This document shows positions 49,165-59,622 of a stretch of DNA of 64,000 nt, piece after piece. The DNA is taken from NCBI GenBank assembly GCA_963674965.2, contig CAXXFL010000005.1, positions 448,001 through 512,000 of the forward strand, read 5' to 3'. Within the stretch, counting starts at the first letter, position 1; every line of letters starts with the position of its first letter. The stretch is from a bacterium (GTDB lineage: Bacteria > RBG-13-61-14 > DATKZS01). The notes under the pieces were generated by a model, which was not told the origin of the DNA, searched no databases, and saw only the letters and a program-made list of their open reading frames with translations. The translations under genes and the position numbers were made by a program.

Positions 49165-51039
49165 ATGGAAAAAGGAATATTGATCCGAGACATGTCCGAC
49201 CTCGCCGAGATCGAGAAAATCCCGCTGTCCGATCGCGTTCTCGAGCGCAATACCCTCGAGATTCTGGAAAAGGGGGCCGCCATCGACCCGGCCGCGGTTG
49301 CCATCATCTTCCTTAAAAGCGGCGACGAGTACGCGGAGCCCGTGGAGATCACTTACGGACAATTCATCGGTCGCGTCCGCCAGGCGGCCAACATGCTCCA
49401 CGACCTGGGGGTCGGGCCAACCGACGTGGTCACCTATTTATTGCCCAACCTGCACCAGACGCACTTTGTGTTATGGGGGGCGGAGGCCGCGGGGATCGCC
49501 AACCCGGTCAACCCCATGCTGGAGGCGGCCACCATCCGGGACATCTGCGTGGCGGCGGGAACCAAGGTCCTGGTGGCCCTGGCCGAGCTTCCGGGCACGG
49601 ACGTCTGGTCAAAGGTCGAGGCCATCCGGGACCAAATACCCTCCCTCAAGGCCGTAGTCAGGGTAATGGGACCGTCGGACGAGGAAAAGGGAATCTACGG
49701 CTTCGACGAAAAGTCGGCCCAGTACCCGGCGGACAAGCTGACCTTTAAAAGGGACATAAAGCCCGGCGACATAGCCTCGTTGTATCACACCGGCGGCACC
49801 ACGGGCAGGCCCAAGCTGGCCCGGCGGTCCCACTTCAATGAGGTCGCGCTCTGCTGGGACCTCAAGGTCGCCACCGCCCTCGAGCCCGGCGAGACGGTCA
49901 TGGTGGGCCTGCCGCTCTTTCACTGCAACGGGACCTGCATTACCGGGCTGCTTCCTTTTTCGATCGGAGGGCGCGTGGTGATCCTCTCGCCCAGCGGGTA
50001 TCGCGACCCGGCCATCTTGAAAAACTTCTATAAGATAGTCGAGCGTTTTCGGCCGGTATTCTTCTCGGCGGTGCCCACCGTGCTGGGCATGCTTCTCGCC
50101 TTGCCGGTGGGAGAGGCGGACATATCGTCGCTTCGCTACGTCATCTGCGGGGCGGCCCCCCTTTCGGTCGAGCTGTTCAATAAGTTCGAGAAGCACACGG
50201 GCATGAAGGTGCTCGAGGGCTACGGCATGACCGAGGCCACCTGCGCCTCGGCGGTCAATCCCAAGGACGGCGAGCGCAAAATCGGCAGCGTAGGCCTCCG
50301 CCTGCCCTACCAGGAGATGAAGATAGGAGTTCTCGACGAGGAGGGAAAATACCTGCGCGACGCCGAGACCGATGAAATAGGCGTGGTATTGATCAAGGGC
50401 CCTTGCGCTTTCAAGGGCTACGTCGAGGAAATCCACAACCGGGGCATCTGGGTGGATGGAGACTGGTTCAACACGGGCGACCTGGGCCGTCGGGACAAGG
50501 ACGGTTATTTCTGGCTCACGGGCCGAAGAAAGGAGCTCATCATCAGGGGCGGCCATAACATCGACCCGGCCATTATCGAGGAGCCCCTTTACCGGCTGGA
50601 GGGAGTGATGATGGCTGCCGCCGTGGGCCGGCCCGACGCCCACGCGGGCGAGGTGCCGGTGGCCTTCGTCGAGGTGGCCGAGGGCTCGGGCCTGACGGAG
50701 GAGAAGATACTCGAGTACGCCCGCTCCGAGATAGGCGAGCGGGCCGCCATCCCCAAGGAGGTGCTGATAGTTCCCCAGGTACCCCTTACGGCGGTGGGCA
50801 AGATATTCAAGCCGGCCCTCAGGTGGGAGGCCGTCAGGCGGGTATATAAAAAGGAACTCGAGAAGCTGGGAGACCTGGCCGAAACGGCCGAGGTAAGCGT
50901 GGCCGAGCACAAGGTCCACGGGACCCTGGCCACCATCAAGATAAAGCCCAAGGCCGGCGCCGACGCCGAAACCATAAGGAGGAAGATCGACGAGATACTG
51001 GCGAGCTTCGTCACTCGCTACGAGGTAATCGTGGAGTAG
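49165..51039 (+). CDS. Acyl-CoA synthetase (AMP-binding enzyme)
   Basis: HTGGTTGRPK, YGMTE, TGDLG, GGHNIDP, PLTAVGK. Confidence 0.92.
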   Translation: MEKGILIRDMSDLAEIEKIPLSDRVLERNTLEILEKGAAIDPAAVAIIFLKSGDEYAEPVEITYGQFIGRVRQAANMLHDLGVGPTDVVTYLLPNLHQTHFVLWGAEAAGIANPVNPMLEAATIRDICVAAGTKVLVALAELPGTDVWSKVEAIRDQIPSLKAVVRVMGPSDEEKGIYGFDEKSAQYPADKLTFKRDIKPGDIASLYHTGGTTGRPKLARRSHFNEVALCWDLKVATALEPGETVMVGLPLFHCNGTCITGLLPFSIGGRVVILSPSGYRDPAILKNFYKIVERFRPVFFSAVPTVLGMLLALPVGEADISSLRYVICGAAPLSVELFNKFEKHTGMKVLEGYGMTEATCASAVNPKDGERKIGSVGLRLPYQEMKIGVLDEEGKYLRDAETDEIGVVLIKGPCAFKGYVEEIHNRGIWVDGDWFNTGDLGRRDKDGYFWLTGRRKELIIRGGHNIDPAIIEEPLYRLEGVMMAAAVGRPDAHAGEVPVAFVEVAEGSGLTEEKILEYARSEIGERAAIPKEVLIVPQVPLTAVGKIFKPALRWEAVRRVYKKELEKLGDLAETAEVSVAEHKVHGTLATIKIKPKAGADAETIRRKIDEILASFVTRYEVIVE

Positions 51040-51083
51040 GTCGAGCGGGCCGGCAAAGTGGGCCGGGGCCTTGGAACTATGGC

Positions 51084-52049
51084 CTACTTTGCCAGGGCCG
51101 CTCGGATTTGAGCGTCCTGGATTTCGCGCCATCTATCGTACATGACCAAGAAGGCGTTAAGGCTCTCTTCATCGTCAATATCCAGGGTCGGTCCCACGCT
51201 GATAGTCTCGTGGATGGCGAAAACGGATTTAAAAACGTCCTGGGACACGACCGCCTCGCTGGTGGGGACGTCCACGTACTTCCTGAGGATTTCCCTCATC
51301 TTATAATGCCCGTTGTTGTGCATGTAGCTGGCCGCCTGGACCTTGGCGAAGAGCCAGAGGAAACGAAAGGGCATGTGAAAAGCGAAGATTTCCTTTAGCG
51401 CCACCAGCCGATTGAACGGGTGTCTCTGGTATCTCAATTTGTAGATCAAGGGAATGTATACCTCGAGCATTTCGGCGAACTTCAAGGGACGATAAGCGAA
51501 GATGTTGGAATGGCGAAGGATTATCTGCTTGGTTGAGATATGGATGAACTTTATGCCCGGGTCGGACCCGGCGGGCTCGAAAGGCTCGAGAAGTTTATGG
51601 TCGGTCACGCCGTAAATCATGTCAGCCCGCTCGCGGGGCATGGTCCTGGCAAAGGCGTCGATTTCCCGGGGATCGAGCATGGGCATGTCGCTGGTAAATC
51701 CCACGATTATCTTTTCCGGGTCGCCTTTTTCCCTGATCTCGGCCGCGGGCTTTCCCGGCTCCCACTCCGGGAAGGTGGAAAGACCGGACAGGTAGACGTT
51801 CTCGAAAACGTTGTCGCCCTGCTCGATGATTTTAAAAGGTTTCCTGGTGGACACGCCTTGCAGGTGGTCCTCTAGTTTCCTCCTCGGCCCGACCACGGTG
51901 ATCGAGCGAAGCGTATCGCACGCGTCGACCGCCTCGATCACCCGCTCGACTATGTACTTGTCCCGGAACTTGATGAACGCCTTGTTCTGACCCTTCACCG
52001 GAATCGAGGCTTCCTTTTCGCCCGCCAGTATGATCGCGTCGAATTCCAT
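51084..52049 (-). CDS. MobA-like nucleotidyltransferase-domain protein
   Basis: AIILAG...NKAF, SDMP, DIDD. Confidence 0.7.
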   Translation of the reverse strand: MEFDAIILAGEKEASIPVKGQNKAFIKFRDKYIVERVIEAVDACDTLRSITVVGPRRKLEDHLQGVSTRKPFKIIEQGDNVFENVYLSGLSTFPEWEPGKPAAEIREKGDPEKIIVGFTSDMPMLDPREIDAFARTMPRERADMIYGVTDHKLLEPFEPAGSDPGIKFIHISTKQIILRHSNIFAYRPLKFAEMLEVYIPLIYKLRYQRHPFNRLVALKEIFAFHMPFRFLWLFAKVQAASYMHNNGHYKMREILRKYVDVPTSEAVVSQDVFKSVFAIHETISVGPTLDIDDEESLNAFLVMYDRWREIQDAQIRAALAK

Positions 52050-52354
52050 AAGGACCTCCGTGACTTATTCGCTCGCGCCGCCAACTCGCTTCATCTTCAT
52101 TATACGACTATCGAAACGAGTAGCAACACTGCCGGCGTAAATGTCATGAATAACTAAGCCCCTTTTCCCTTCATTGTATCCCTTTGTTTTTTAAAAATAG
52201 ATTAATCTCGTCCTCTCTAATGATCTCGGTATCTTCACCGAAATCTTGATATATTCTGACAATGGTGTCGACGTCAAGTTTTGCGGAAAACAATTTTTTG
52301 TAAGATACTCTCATCTTGGATATGCTTAAGGTAGCGAGCTTTTGGAGGTGGCAG

Positions 52355-53143
52355 TTGGGCTTTTACAAGGACAAGGTGGTGCTTATAACCGGGTCGGCCA
52401 GGGGCATCGGCCTGGCGGCGGCCAGGCTGATGGGCGGCCGCGGGGCCAGGGTGATAATCAGCGACATTATCGAGGACGTCCTCGAGTCGGCCCGGTCCGA
52501 GCTCGAGGCCGCGGGGGTCGAGGTCCTGGCGGTGAAGGCGGACGTGACCTCGCCCGGGGACTGTGAGGCCCTGGTGGCGGCGGCCGCCGAGAGGTTCGGA
52601 CGGCTGGATATCCTGATCAACAACGCGGGCATAAGCATAGTTGATTACCTCGAGAACCTCCGGCCCGAGACGGCGAAAAAGATCGTGGACGTCAATATCA
52701 TGGGTTGCGTTTACATGACCATCGCCGCCCTGCCCGAGCTAAAAAAGACCAGGGGCCAGGTGGCCTTCGTCTCAAGCGTGAGCGGGATAAGGAACATTCC
52801 CACCGCCTGCATGTACGGATCGACCAAGGCTTTCCTCCGCAGCTTCGCCGAGTCCATACGGCTCGAGCTGAAGCCGATGGGAATACACGTCAGCGTCATC
52901 AGCCCGGGCTTTGCCACCACCGACCCCAACAAGACGGTCATGCGCGGCGACGGCTCGGCCCGGCCCATCGACCGTCCCCCCCACAGCACCCCCGAGGACG
53001 TGGCGCGGGAAATGGCCCAGATGATCGAGCGAAAGGAAAGGGAGAGGGTCACCACGCCCCTGGGCAAGGCCACCCTCGCGCTCGAGAGGCTAAGTCCGAC
53101 CCTCCTGGACTGGATACTGGCCGGACGCGAGCTTAAGAACTGA
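52355..53143 (+). CDS. Short-chain dehydrogenase/reductase
   Basis: TGSARGIG, NNAG, YGSTK; GGAGG before TTG start. Confidence 0.92.
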   Translation: MGFYKDKVVLITGSARGIGLAAARLMGGRGARVIISDIIEDVLESARSELEAAGVEVLAVKADVTSPGDCEALVAAAAERFGRLDILINNAGISIVDYLENLRPETAKKIVDVNIMGCVYMTIAALPELKKTRGQVAFVSSVSGIRNIPTACMYGSTKAFLRSFAESIRLELKPMGIHVSVISPGFATTDPNKTVMRGDGSARPIDRPPHSTPEDVAREMAQMIERKERERVTTPLGKATLALERLSPTLLDWILAGRELKN

Positions 53144-53229
53144 TCGATAAGGCGGGATGAGCGGATGAGACGCGGCATTCCCGGACCATCCCCCAATCTC
53201 GCCCCGGCGAGGAAAAGTGGAAGGAACAA

Positions 53230-54549
53230 ATGGAAAATAACCCGGACTTAAGCGCGGCCCCCGGCGGCAAGAAAAGCTACGGCCAGGGCGGGTGGGGCGC
53301 CCACGCCATCCTCATCACCCTCTCCATCATCTATCTTTCCGATTACGCCGACCGCTTCGTGCATTCCAGCATGATTAGCTTTATCAAAGCGGACTGGAAT
53401 ATTACCGACACCCAAGCCGGATGGCTTCTATCAATAGTCCTCATTTTTATAACGATTTTTTCCCTTCCCGCCTCGATACTCATCGACCGCTGGAGCAGAA
53501 GAAAAATGGTCTCGATAATGACGTTTTTCTGGAGCATTGCCACTCTGGCCTGCGCCTTCAGCAACAATTATTGGCAGCTTCTGACCGCTAGGGCCTTCAT
53601 CGGGATCGGAGAATCCGGCTATGCCCCCGCCGGCACCGCCATGCTCAGCGCGGCATATCCGGAGAAAAGACGCGCCTTGGTTATGGGGATATGGAACCTA
53701 TTCATTCCACTTGGCATGGGCATCGGAATCGTGGCGGGAGGCATTATCGCCAAACGTTGGGGATGGCAGCACGCCTTCGGACTGGTGGCCGTTCCCGGAA
53801 TGCTCCTTGCCGTCGCCGCCTGGTTTCTGCCGGATTATAAAACCGTAAAAACGGAAAATGATTCGTCGGAGACGAAGCTCAGCTTAAGAAATGAATTAAA
53901 AAAGTTCATTGCCAACCTGAAAGTAATCTTCAAAACGCCTTCTCTTGTTTTCACGTATCTTGGCTTCGCCATGAACGTTTCCATCACTACGGCTCTCTCG
54001 CAGTGGTTATCAAGCTATTTCGAAAGGACCGGCATGGTTAAGATGGGGCAAGGAGGCACGCTGGCTATGCTGATATTGGGTCTCGTCGTCTTCGGCTCAC
54101 CCCTTGGCGGCGTGTTGTCGGACGTTTGGCATAAAAGAAAGAAAGAGGGAAGGCTTTATCTTCCGGCCGTCACCAGTCTCATGTCGGCGGGGCTTTTATT
54201 CATTGCCTTCCTCTTCCCGGGCAAGATGCTGCCCCAGTTCCCCATGCTGCTCCTCTTCGGCATCGTGCTCACCTGCTTCATCGCCCCCGGCATATCGGTC
54301 ACCCAGGACGTGGTCCATCCCGGGCTCCGGGCCTTCAGCTACGCCATGTGCGTCATCGTCCAGCACATAGCGGGAGACGTGTGGTCGCCCGTTATCGTGG
54401 GCAAACTCAGCGACATGATCGGCCTTGACCGGGCCGTGCTCTTCGTGCCCCTCTACGGGGTGCTCGCCTCCATGTTCTTCTTCCTGGCCTCGAGGTACTA
54501 CCGCCGCGACGCGGAAAACATCGAGAAAATCGAGCTCGAGGCCGAATAA
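53230..54549 (+). CDS. MFS transporter (spinster-like)
   Basis: YADRF, DRWSRR, RAFIGIGE, GWQHAF. Confidence 0.9.
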   Translation: MENNPDLSAAPGGKKSYGQGGWGAHAILITLSIIYLSDYADRFVHSSMISFIKADWNITDTQAGWLLSIVLIFITIFSLPASILIDRWSRRKMVSIMTFFWSIATLACAFSNNYWQLLTARAFIGIGESGYAPAGTAMLSAAYPEKRRALVMGIWNLFIPLGMGIGIVAGGIIAKRWGWQHAFGLVAVPGMLLAVAAWFLPDYKTVKTENDSSETKLSLRNELKKFIANLKVIFKTPSLVFTYLGFAMNVSITTALSQWLSSYFERTGMVKMGQGGTLAMLILGLVVFGSPLGGVLSDVWHKRKKEGRLYLPAVTSLMSAGLLFIAFLFPGKMLPQFPMLLLFGIVLTCFIAPGISVTQDVVHPGLRAFSYAMCVIVQHIAGDVWSPVIVGKLSDMIGLDRAVLFVPLYGVLASMFFFLASRYYRRDAENIEKIELEAE

Positions 54550-55360
54550 TTCCCGAGCGTCCGGCGAGGGTCCGGGTCACACGGGAGCGTCCGTAACCCT
54601 GGGCATGAGGTCAAGAAGGACCCGAGCGCGGCGCAATTTTTCCCTCCAGGAAGACGGCCTTATTTTCCCGGGCCTTTCCTCGTTTGCGCCGTCCCTTCGG
54701 GACTCATTTTTTGTCACCGACTTCTCCCAGGGTTTCGGCCGCCGGTCGCGGCCGGCTTATTTATAGATGATTGGCCTCTCCAGGCTTTGGGCATGAAGAG
54801 GCGGCCCCATCGATGGGGCGGGCGGTTCAAATCGGGAAACGGGATGGAATAGAGCGGGCCTCGCTGGTGGCGCTGGCGACAACGCGCCGTACGCGTGAAT
54901 GAGGCCGGTCCGAACCTTGAATAATGGCGCGCTCGAGGAGCGACGTTGAATAGATGCCTGGGACGTCCCGCTTAAAGAAATCCCGCGCCGACTTGACGGG
55001 CTTGCTCATAGATTCGCCACCCAGTCCGGGTAGCTATCTGGCAGCCGAAGGCGCGGGAAAGGGGCGACAGTCAGCCGTGAGCGTGTATATCGATCTAAAG
55101 GCTTTCGCGTCTCCATCCACTGATTGTCCTACCTCTCCTTATCTTCACGTCGGCCGAAGACGTGAATTGATTTTGTCAATTACCCATCTCGTCGCGGCTT
55201 GACAAACGCCCAGCTCCCTATGCCCGCCCATGTTGCCATATACTACGGATGCTCTCCGCTTGAAGATGCAAATCCATGTCATATAATTAGGCGAGGCGTA
55301 AACTCGTCCGTTTGGGGCGGGAGGGGGCGCTAAAGTCGTGGGGAATGGTTCGGGGAAGTT

Positions 55361-56755
55361 ATGGAGAACTTTAGAATACTTATAATCGACGACGACCGGG
55401 ACATGGCCAGGTCTCTACGGGAGTTCCTCGAGAGGCGGTCTTATTCGGTCTGGACGGCGGCGAGCGGGGAGGAGGGCCTGTCCCAGGTGGGCGTCCGCTC
55501 CTTTGACGCGGCGCTTTTGGACATCCACCTGCCGGGGGCCGACGGCATCGAGGTTTTGGGGCTGATCAAGAAGCAAGTCCCCGACCTGCCGGTGGTGATG
55601 ATGACGGCCTACGCCTCGATCGACACGGCCGTGTCCGCCCTCCGCCTGGGCGCGACCGACTACATCATCAAGCCCTTCGAGCCCGACGAGATGTTCAGCA
55701 TCCTCGGACGGCTGGCCGAGCGGAAAGAGTTGATCGACGCGAACCAAGAGTTCATCCGGGCGGCCAAGTCCGATTACGACTTCGATCACATAGTTACCAA
55801 GGACCCGGGTTTTCGGGAGATACTCGAGGCGGTCAAAAAGATCGCCAATACGGACGTTCCCGCCCTGATCATGGGCGAGAGCGGCACGGGCAAGGAACTG
55901 GTGGCCCGGGCGCTCCACAACAACTCGGCCCGGGCCGCCCGGCCCCTGATCGCCGTCAACTGCGCGGCCATCTCTCCCACCTTGATCGAGAGCGAGTTCT
56001 TCGGCCACGTAAAGGGGTCCTTTACGGGCGCGGTGGGCGACGCGAAGGGCTACATCGAGCGGGCTGACAAGTCCACTCTTTTCCTGGACGAGATAGGCGA
56101 GCTTCCCCCCGAGCTTCAGGCCAAGCTCCTCCGGGCCATCCAGGAGGGCCAGATTTGTCGGGTGGGCGAAAGCCGGCCGATAAGCGTCGACGTCCGCTAC
56201 GTCGCGGCCACCCAGCGGGACCTGGAGAAGGAAGTCGAGGAGGGCCGCTTCAGGAAGGACCTTTATTTCCGGCTGAACCTTTTCACGGCCAAACTGCCCG
56301 CTCTGCGGACGCGGCCGGCGGACATACCTCTTTTGGCCGAGTATTTTCTGGACGGGTCCACCCGGCGGGGCATGAGCATTGCGCCCCAGGCCATGGAGAG
56401 ACTTATGAATTACAAGTGGCCGGGAAACGCGCGCGAGCTGGAGAACGTCATTCAGCGCTCCTCCATCCTGGCCAAGGACAAGGTCATTACCGTCTCGGAC
56501 CTACCCTTTCACGCGGACCGCGACCGCTCCGGCTACGCGGCCTTCTTTCCGGCGGATGCATGGGATTACAAGGAGGTCGTAAAGAACGTGACGGACGTGA
56601 CGGCCCACGACCTTATTTCAAGGGCCCTTTTGGTCAACAATGGCAACGTCTCCGCCGCGGCCAGGTTTTTGGGCGTGAGCCGGCGCTTTCTCAACTATCG
56701 GATCAAGGAACTGGCAATCAGGGGCGCCAAGTCGGACGCGGGGGAGGAGGAATGA
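55361..56755 (+). CDS. NtrC-family sigma54-dependent response regulator
   Basis: Receiver domain; GESGTGKE, GSFTGA, LFLDEIGE, WPGN.REL, Fis-type HTH. Confidence 0.95.
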   Translation: MENFRILIIDDDRDMARSLREFLERRSYSVWTAASGEEGLSQVGVRSFDAALLDIHLPGADGIEVLGLIKKQVPDLPVVMMTAYASIDTAVSALRLGATDYIIKPFEPDEMFSILGRLAERKELIDANQEFIRAAKSDYDFDHIVTKDPGFREILEAVKKIANTDVPALIMGESGTGKELVARALHNNSARAARPLIAVNCAAISPTLIESEFFGHVKGSFTGAVGDAKGYIERADKSTLFLDEIGELPPELQAKLLRAIQEGQICRVGESRPISVDVRYVAATQRDLEKEVEEGRFRKDLYFRLNLFTAKLPALRTRPADIPLLAEYFLDGSTRRGMSIAPQAMERLMNYKWPGNARELENVIQRSSILAKDKVITVSDLPFHADRDRSGYAAFFPADAWDYKEVVKNVTDVTAHDLISRALLVNNGNVSAAARFLGVSRRFLNYRIKELAIRGAKSDAGEEE

Positions 56756-58677
56756 TGACTCTATCCCGCCTCCTGGTCTTGTTCGCCTTGCCTTGCTTTC
56801 TTTTCGCGTCGCTTTCCGCCCGGGCGGACGGGGGCGACGAGGAGGGCGTGCTCTTTCCCGGTTCGACCGTTTCCGTGCCCGAGGTCCGCGCCCACCGCAT
56901 TGACGAGTCGCCCTCCTCGGTGACCGTGATAAGCGGCGAGGCCATCCGCCGGTCCGGGGCCTTGACCGTTCCCGAGGCGCTGTCCCTCTTGCCGGGCGTT
57001 GACCTGATGAGGCTTTCCGAGGCCGGGCCTCAGTTGTCCATCCGCGGGTTTAACGGCTACTCCTCGAACAAGGTCCTGGTCATGCTGGACTCGAGGCCCC
57101 TATTCAACCTGGCCGACGCCTCGGTGGACTGGAACTTAATTCCCGTCTCGGTGGACGATATAGACCGGATCGAGCTGGCCAGGGGACCGGGATCGGCCCT
57201 CCACGGCGAGAACGCCTTTTTCGGCGTCATCAATATCATCACCAAGTCCGCCGGGAAATCCGAGAAGTCCGCCGCCGCGGGAGGGGGCTCGGGCCCGAGC
57301 GCGAGAGTTTACGGCGCTCTGGCCGGAAAGGGCGTCCGGGCGTCGGTCGAGGCGCTCGAGCTGGACCGCTTCGATGAAGCCTCGTCGGACCTTCCCAACA
57401 CCTACCTCGAGAGCGAGGGGGTCTTGCCCATCGCCTCGAGGACGGCCGTGCAGCGGGGCTTTTTGAAAACAGAGCTGGCCAACGAGAAGGCGAGACTGAC
57501 CTTATCGGGAGGAATGGCCAGGGCCGAGAACAAGGGCCCTGAAGTGGAGAACGTGGACCGGGCGTCCTTCGCCTCGGCCGAGCTTTGTTTTTCCGCGGCC
57601 CGGATCGATTTTACATCCAGCCTGAGGGCCGGCTACCAGGACCGGTCCGCGGACGGTAACCAGGCCTTTCCCGATGGCCCCTACCGGGACTCACTCCGGC
57701 TCGACTACGAGATGCAAGGGTCGTCCCGTCCCTTTTCCGACGACCTTTTAATGGTGGGCGCCCGTTATTCCCATCAGCAAATAAGGGACGAGGTCTACCT
57801 CGGGGAGGACAAGGACAAAAGCCGAGACGTGGCCTCGGCCTATCTCGAGAACCAGTTCGCCCTTTTCGAGAGGTCCCTGTACATAACCGGCGGCCTTCGC
57901 CTTGACGGATACCCCGAGGTGGGGGATGTCCTGTCGCCCCGGGCCGGGGTCATATGGATGATCTCGAGCGAGCAGGCCGTGAAAGCCTACTGGGGCCAGG
58001 CCTTCCGGAGCCCGACCCTGTACGAGTTATATGGGGTGGACGACGGCATGGACCCCATAATTTTCCTGGGCAACGCGAACCTCGAGCCGGAGCGGATATC
58101 GAGCGTCAACCTGGATTATATATATAACGACCCCGGCCGACTCGAGCTGGCGGTCAACCTCTTTTATCACGATATCAAGGACCTTATCGTCTACAAGCAG
58201 GTTTACTTGACGCCCAGCCGCCGCGCGTTCCAACTGGACAACGAGGAAAAGGCCCTGGCCTACGGCGGCGAGTTCGCGGCCCGAGTCCATATCGGACGGC
58301 GGTTCGAGGTCTGGGGCAACTACAGCTACGACCACGCCGTTTACGAAAGGGTCGGCGAGACCATCGAGGCGCCTTTTTCGCCCAGGCACAAAGGCCATAT
58401 TGGAGTGGACCTGGACGGACAAAGATGGAACGCCTCGGTCTGGACCTCCCACGTGGGCGGCTATACGGGAGTCAGTCAAAACTCGCCCTTTACCGACCGG
58501 ATCGACGTGAACGGATACAGCTACGCCTGCGCCAGGTGCGAGTTCTTTCTTACCGAGCAATTGTCGATCAGCGCCATGGCCGGTGACGCCTTTGGTAAGG
58601 GCCATTACGAAAGCCCTATCCACGCTCCGGTCATGCCCTATTACTTCATCTCTTTGTCCTGGCTGGACGTGAGGTAG
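56752..58677 (+). CDS. TonB-dependent receptor
   Basis: Signal peptide; plug motifs SVTVI, LSIRGFN, IDRIE..RGPGSAL.G.NAF.GVINIIT; SPRAG, AFRSP, LEPE. Confidence 0.88.
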   Translation: MMTLSRLLVLFALPCFLFASLSARADGGDEEGVLFPGSTVSVPEVRAHRIDESPSSVTVISGEAIRRSGALTVPEALSLLPGVDLMRLSEAGPQLSIRGFNGYSSNKVLVMLDSRPLFNLADASVDWNLIPVSVDDIDRIELARGPGSALHGENAFFGVINIITKSAGKSEKSAAAGGGSGPSARVYGALAGKGVRASVEALELDRFDEASSDLPNTYLESEGVLPIASRTAVQRGFLKTELANEKARLTLSGGMARAENKGPEVENVDRASFASAELCFSAARIDFTSSLRAGYQDRSADGNQAFPDGPYRDSLRLDYEMQGSSRPFSDDLLMVGARYSHQQIRDEVYLGEDKDKSRDVASAYLENQFALFERSLYITGGLRLDGYPEVGDVLSPRAGVIWMISSEQAVKAYWGQAFRSPTLYELYGVDDGMDPIIFLGNANLEPERISSVNLDYIYNDPGRLELAVNLFYHDIKDLIVYKQVYLTPSRRAFQLDNEEKALAYGGEFAARVHIGRRFEVWGNYSYDHAVYERVGETIEAPFSPRHKGHIGVDLDGQRWNASVWTSHVGGYTGVSQNSPFTDRIDVNGYSYACARCEFFLTEQLSISAMAGDAFGKGHYESPIHAPVMPYYFISLSWLDVR

Positions 58678-58680
58678 TTC

Positions 58681-59622
58681 ATGCGGACGGCGGCGAAAAT
58701 CCTCGCCCTTTTGGCCATGCTCATTATGGCCCCACCCGGGAACGGGGACGCCTCGGCCGCTTCCGGCGGAAAGCCTCGGGTTTTCGCCATCCTTTCAAGC
58801 GGGGCCAAGCCTTATCAGGACCATTTGGAGAGGTTCAAGCTCCGCTTCTCGGGGTCCGTCGATGAGGCGGTCCTCCCTAATAACGCCGCCGACCTGGAGA
58901 AAAAATTGAGGCGTGATCCTCCCGATCTAGTGCTCGCCCTGGGACCGGCGGCGGCCAGGTTCGCGAAAGGGACCGACCTTCCCGCGCCCGTTTTGTTCGC
59001 CATGGTTTACGACCCGGCAAAGCACGGACTAGCCGCGGGGGAATCCATTTGCGGAATCGAGCTTAAAGTCAGCCCGGAAAAGACGCTCGAGGCCCTGGAA
59101 ACGGTCCTTCCCTCCGGCGCGGCCAGAACCAGGGTGGGCGCGCTGGTCCGGGAGGGAAGCGACCCGAGCGAGGCCGAGGCCCTGCGAAAGGCGCTCGAGG
59201 CCGGCGGCTACCCGATTTCCATCGAGGGCCTGTCCACGCCGGAGGAGTTGCCCCGAGCGCTCGAAAATCTGTTGGCCAGGATCGACGCGCTCTGGCTGCT
59301 CATGGACCCTGGTCTCATATCCGAGCGGCAGTACCTGGACCTGGTGTTGAACGAGTCCCTTGACCGCAAGGTGGCCGTCATCGGGCTCTCGGACGAGCAC
59401 GTCAGGATGGGAGCGCTTCTCGCTACGTCGGTCGATTATTATTTGGAGGGAGACCACTCGGCCCGCCTGGCCCGGGAAATTCTGGAGGGAGCGGACCCGA
59501 GGCAGATCGGGGTCCAGCCTCCTGAGAACGTAATCTGGTCCCTCAACCTGAGGGTGGCGAAGGAGATCGGGCTTAACGTTCCGCCCCTCAGTCGAAAGCG
59601 TTTCGAGAAGGTGTACCAATGA
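58681..59622 (+). CDS. Periplasmic substrate-binding-like protein (ABC_sub_bind-type)
   Basis: Signal peptide; LVLALG, DALWLLMD, V..GALLA, LNLRVAKEIGL. Confidence 0.75.
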   Translation: MRTAAKILALLAMLIMAPPGNGDASAASGGKPRVFAILSSGAKPYQDHLERFKLRFSGSVDEAVLPNNAADLEKKLRRDPPDLVLALGPAAARFAKGTDLPAPVLFAMVYDPAKHGLAAGESICGIELKVSPEKTLEALETVLPSGAARTRVGALVREGSDPSEAEALRKALEAGGYPISIEGLSTPEELPRALENLLARIDALWLLMDPGLISERQYLDLVLNESLDRKVAVIGLSDEHVRMGALLATSVDYYLEGDHSARLAREILEGADPRQIGVQPPENVIWSLNLRVAKEIGLNVPPLSRKRFEKVYQ

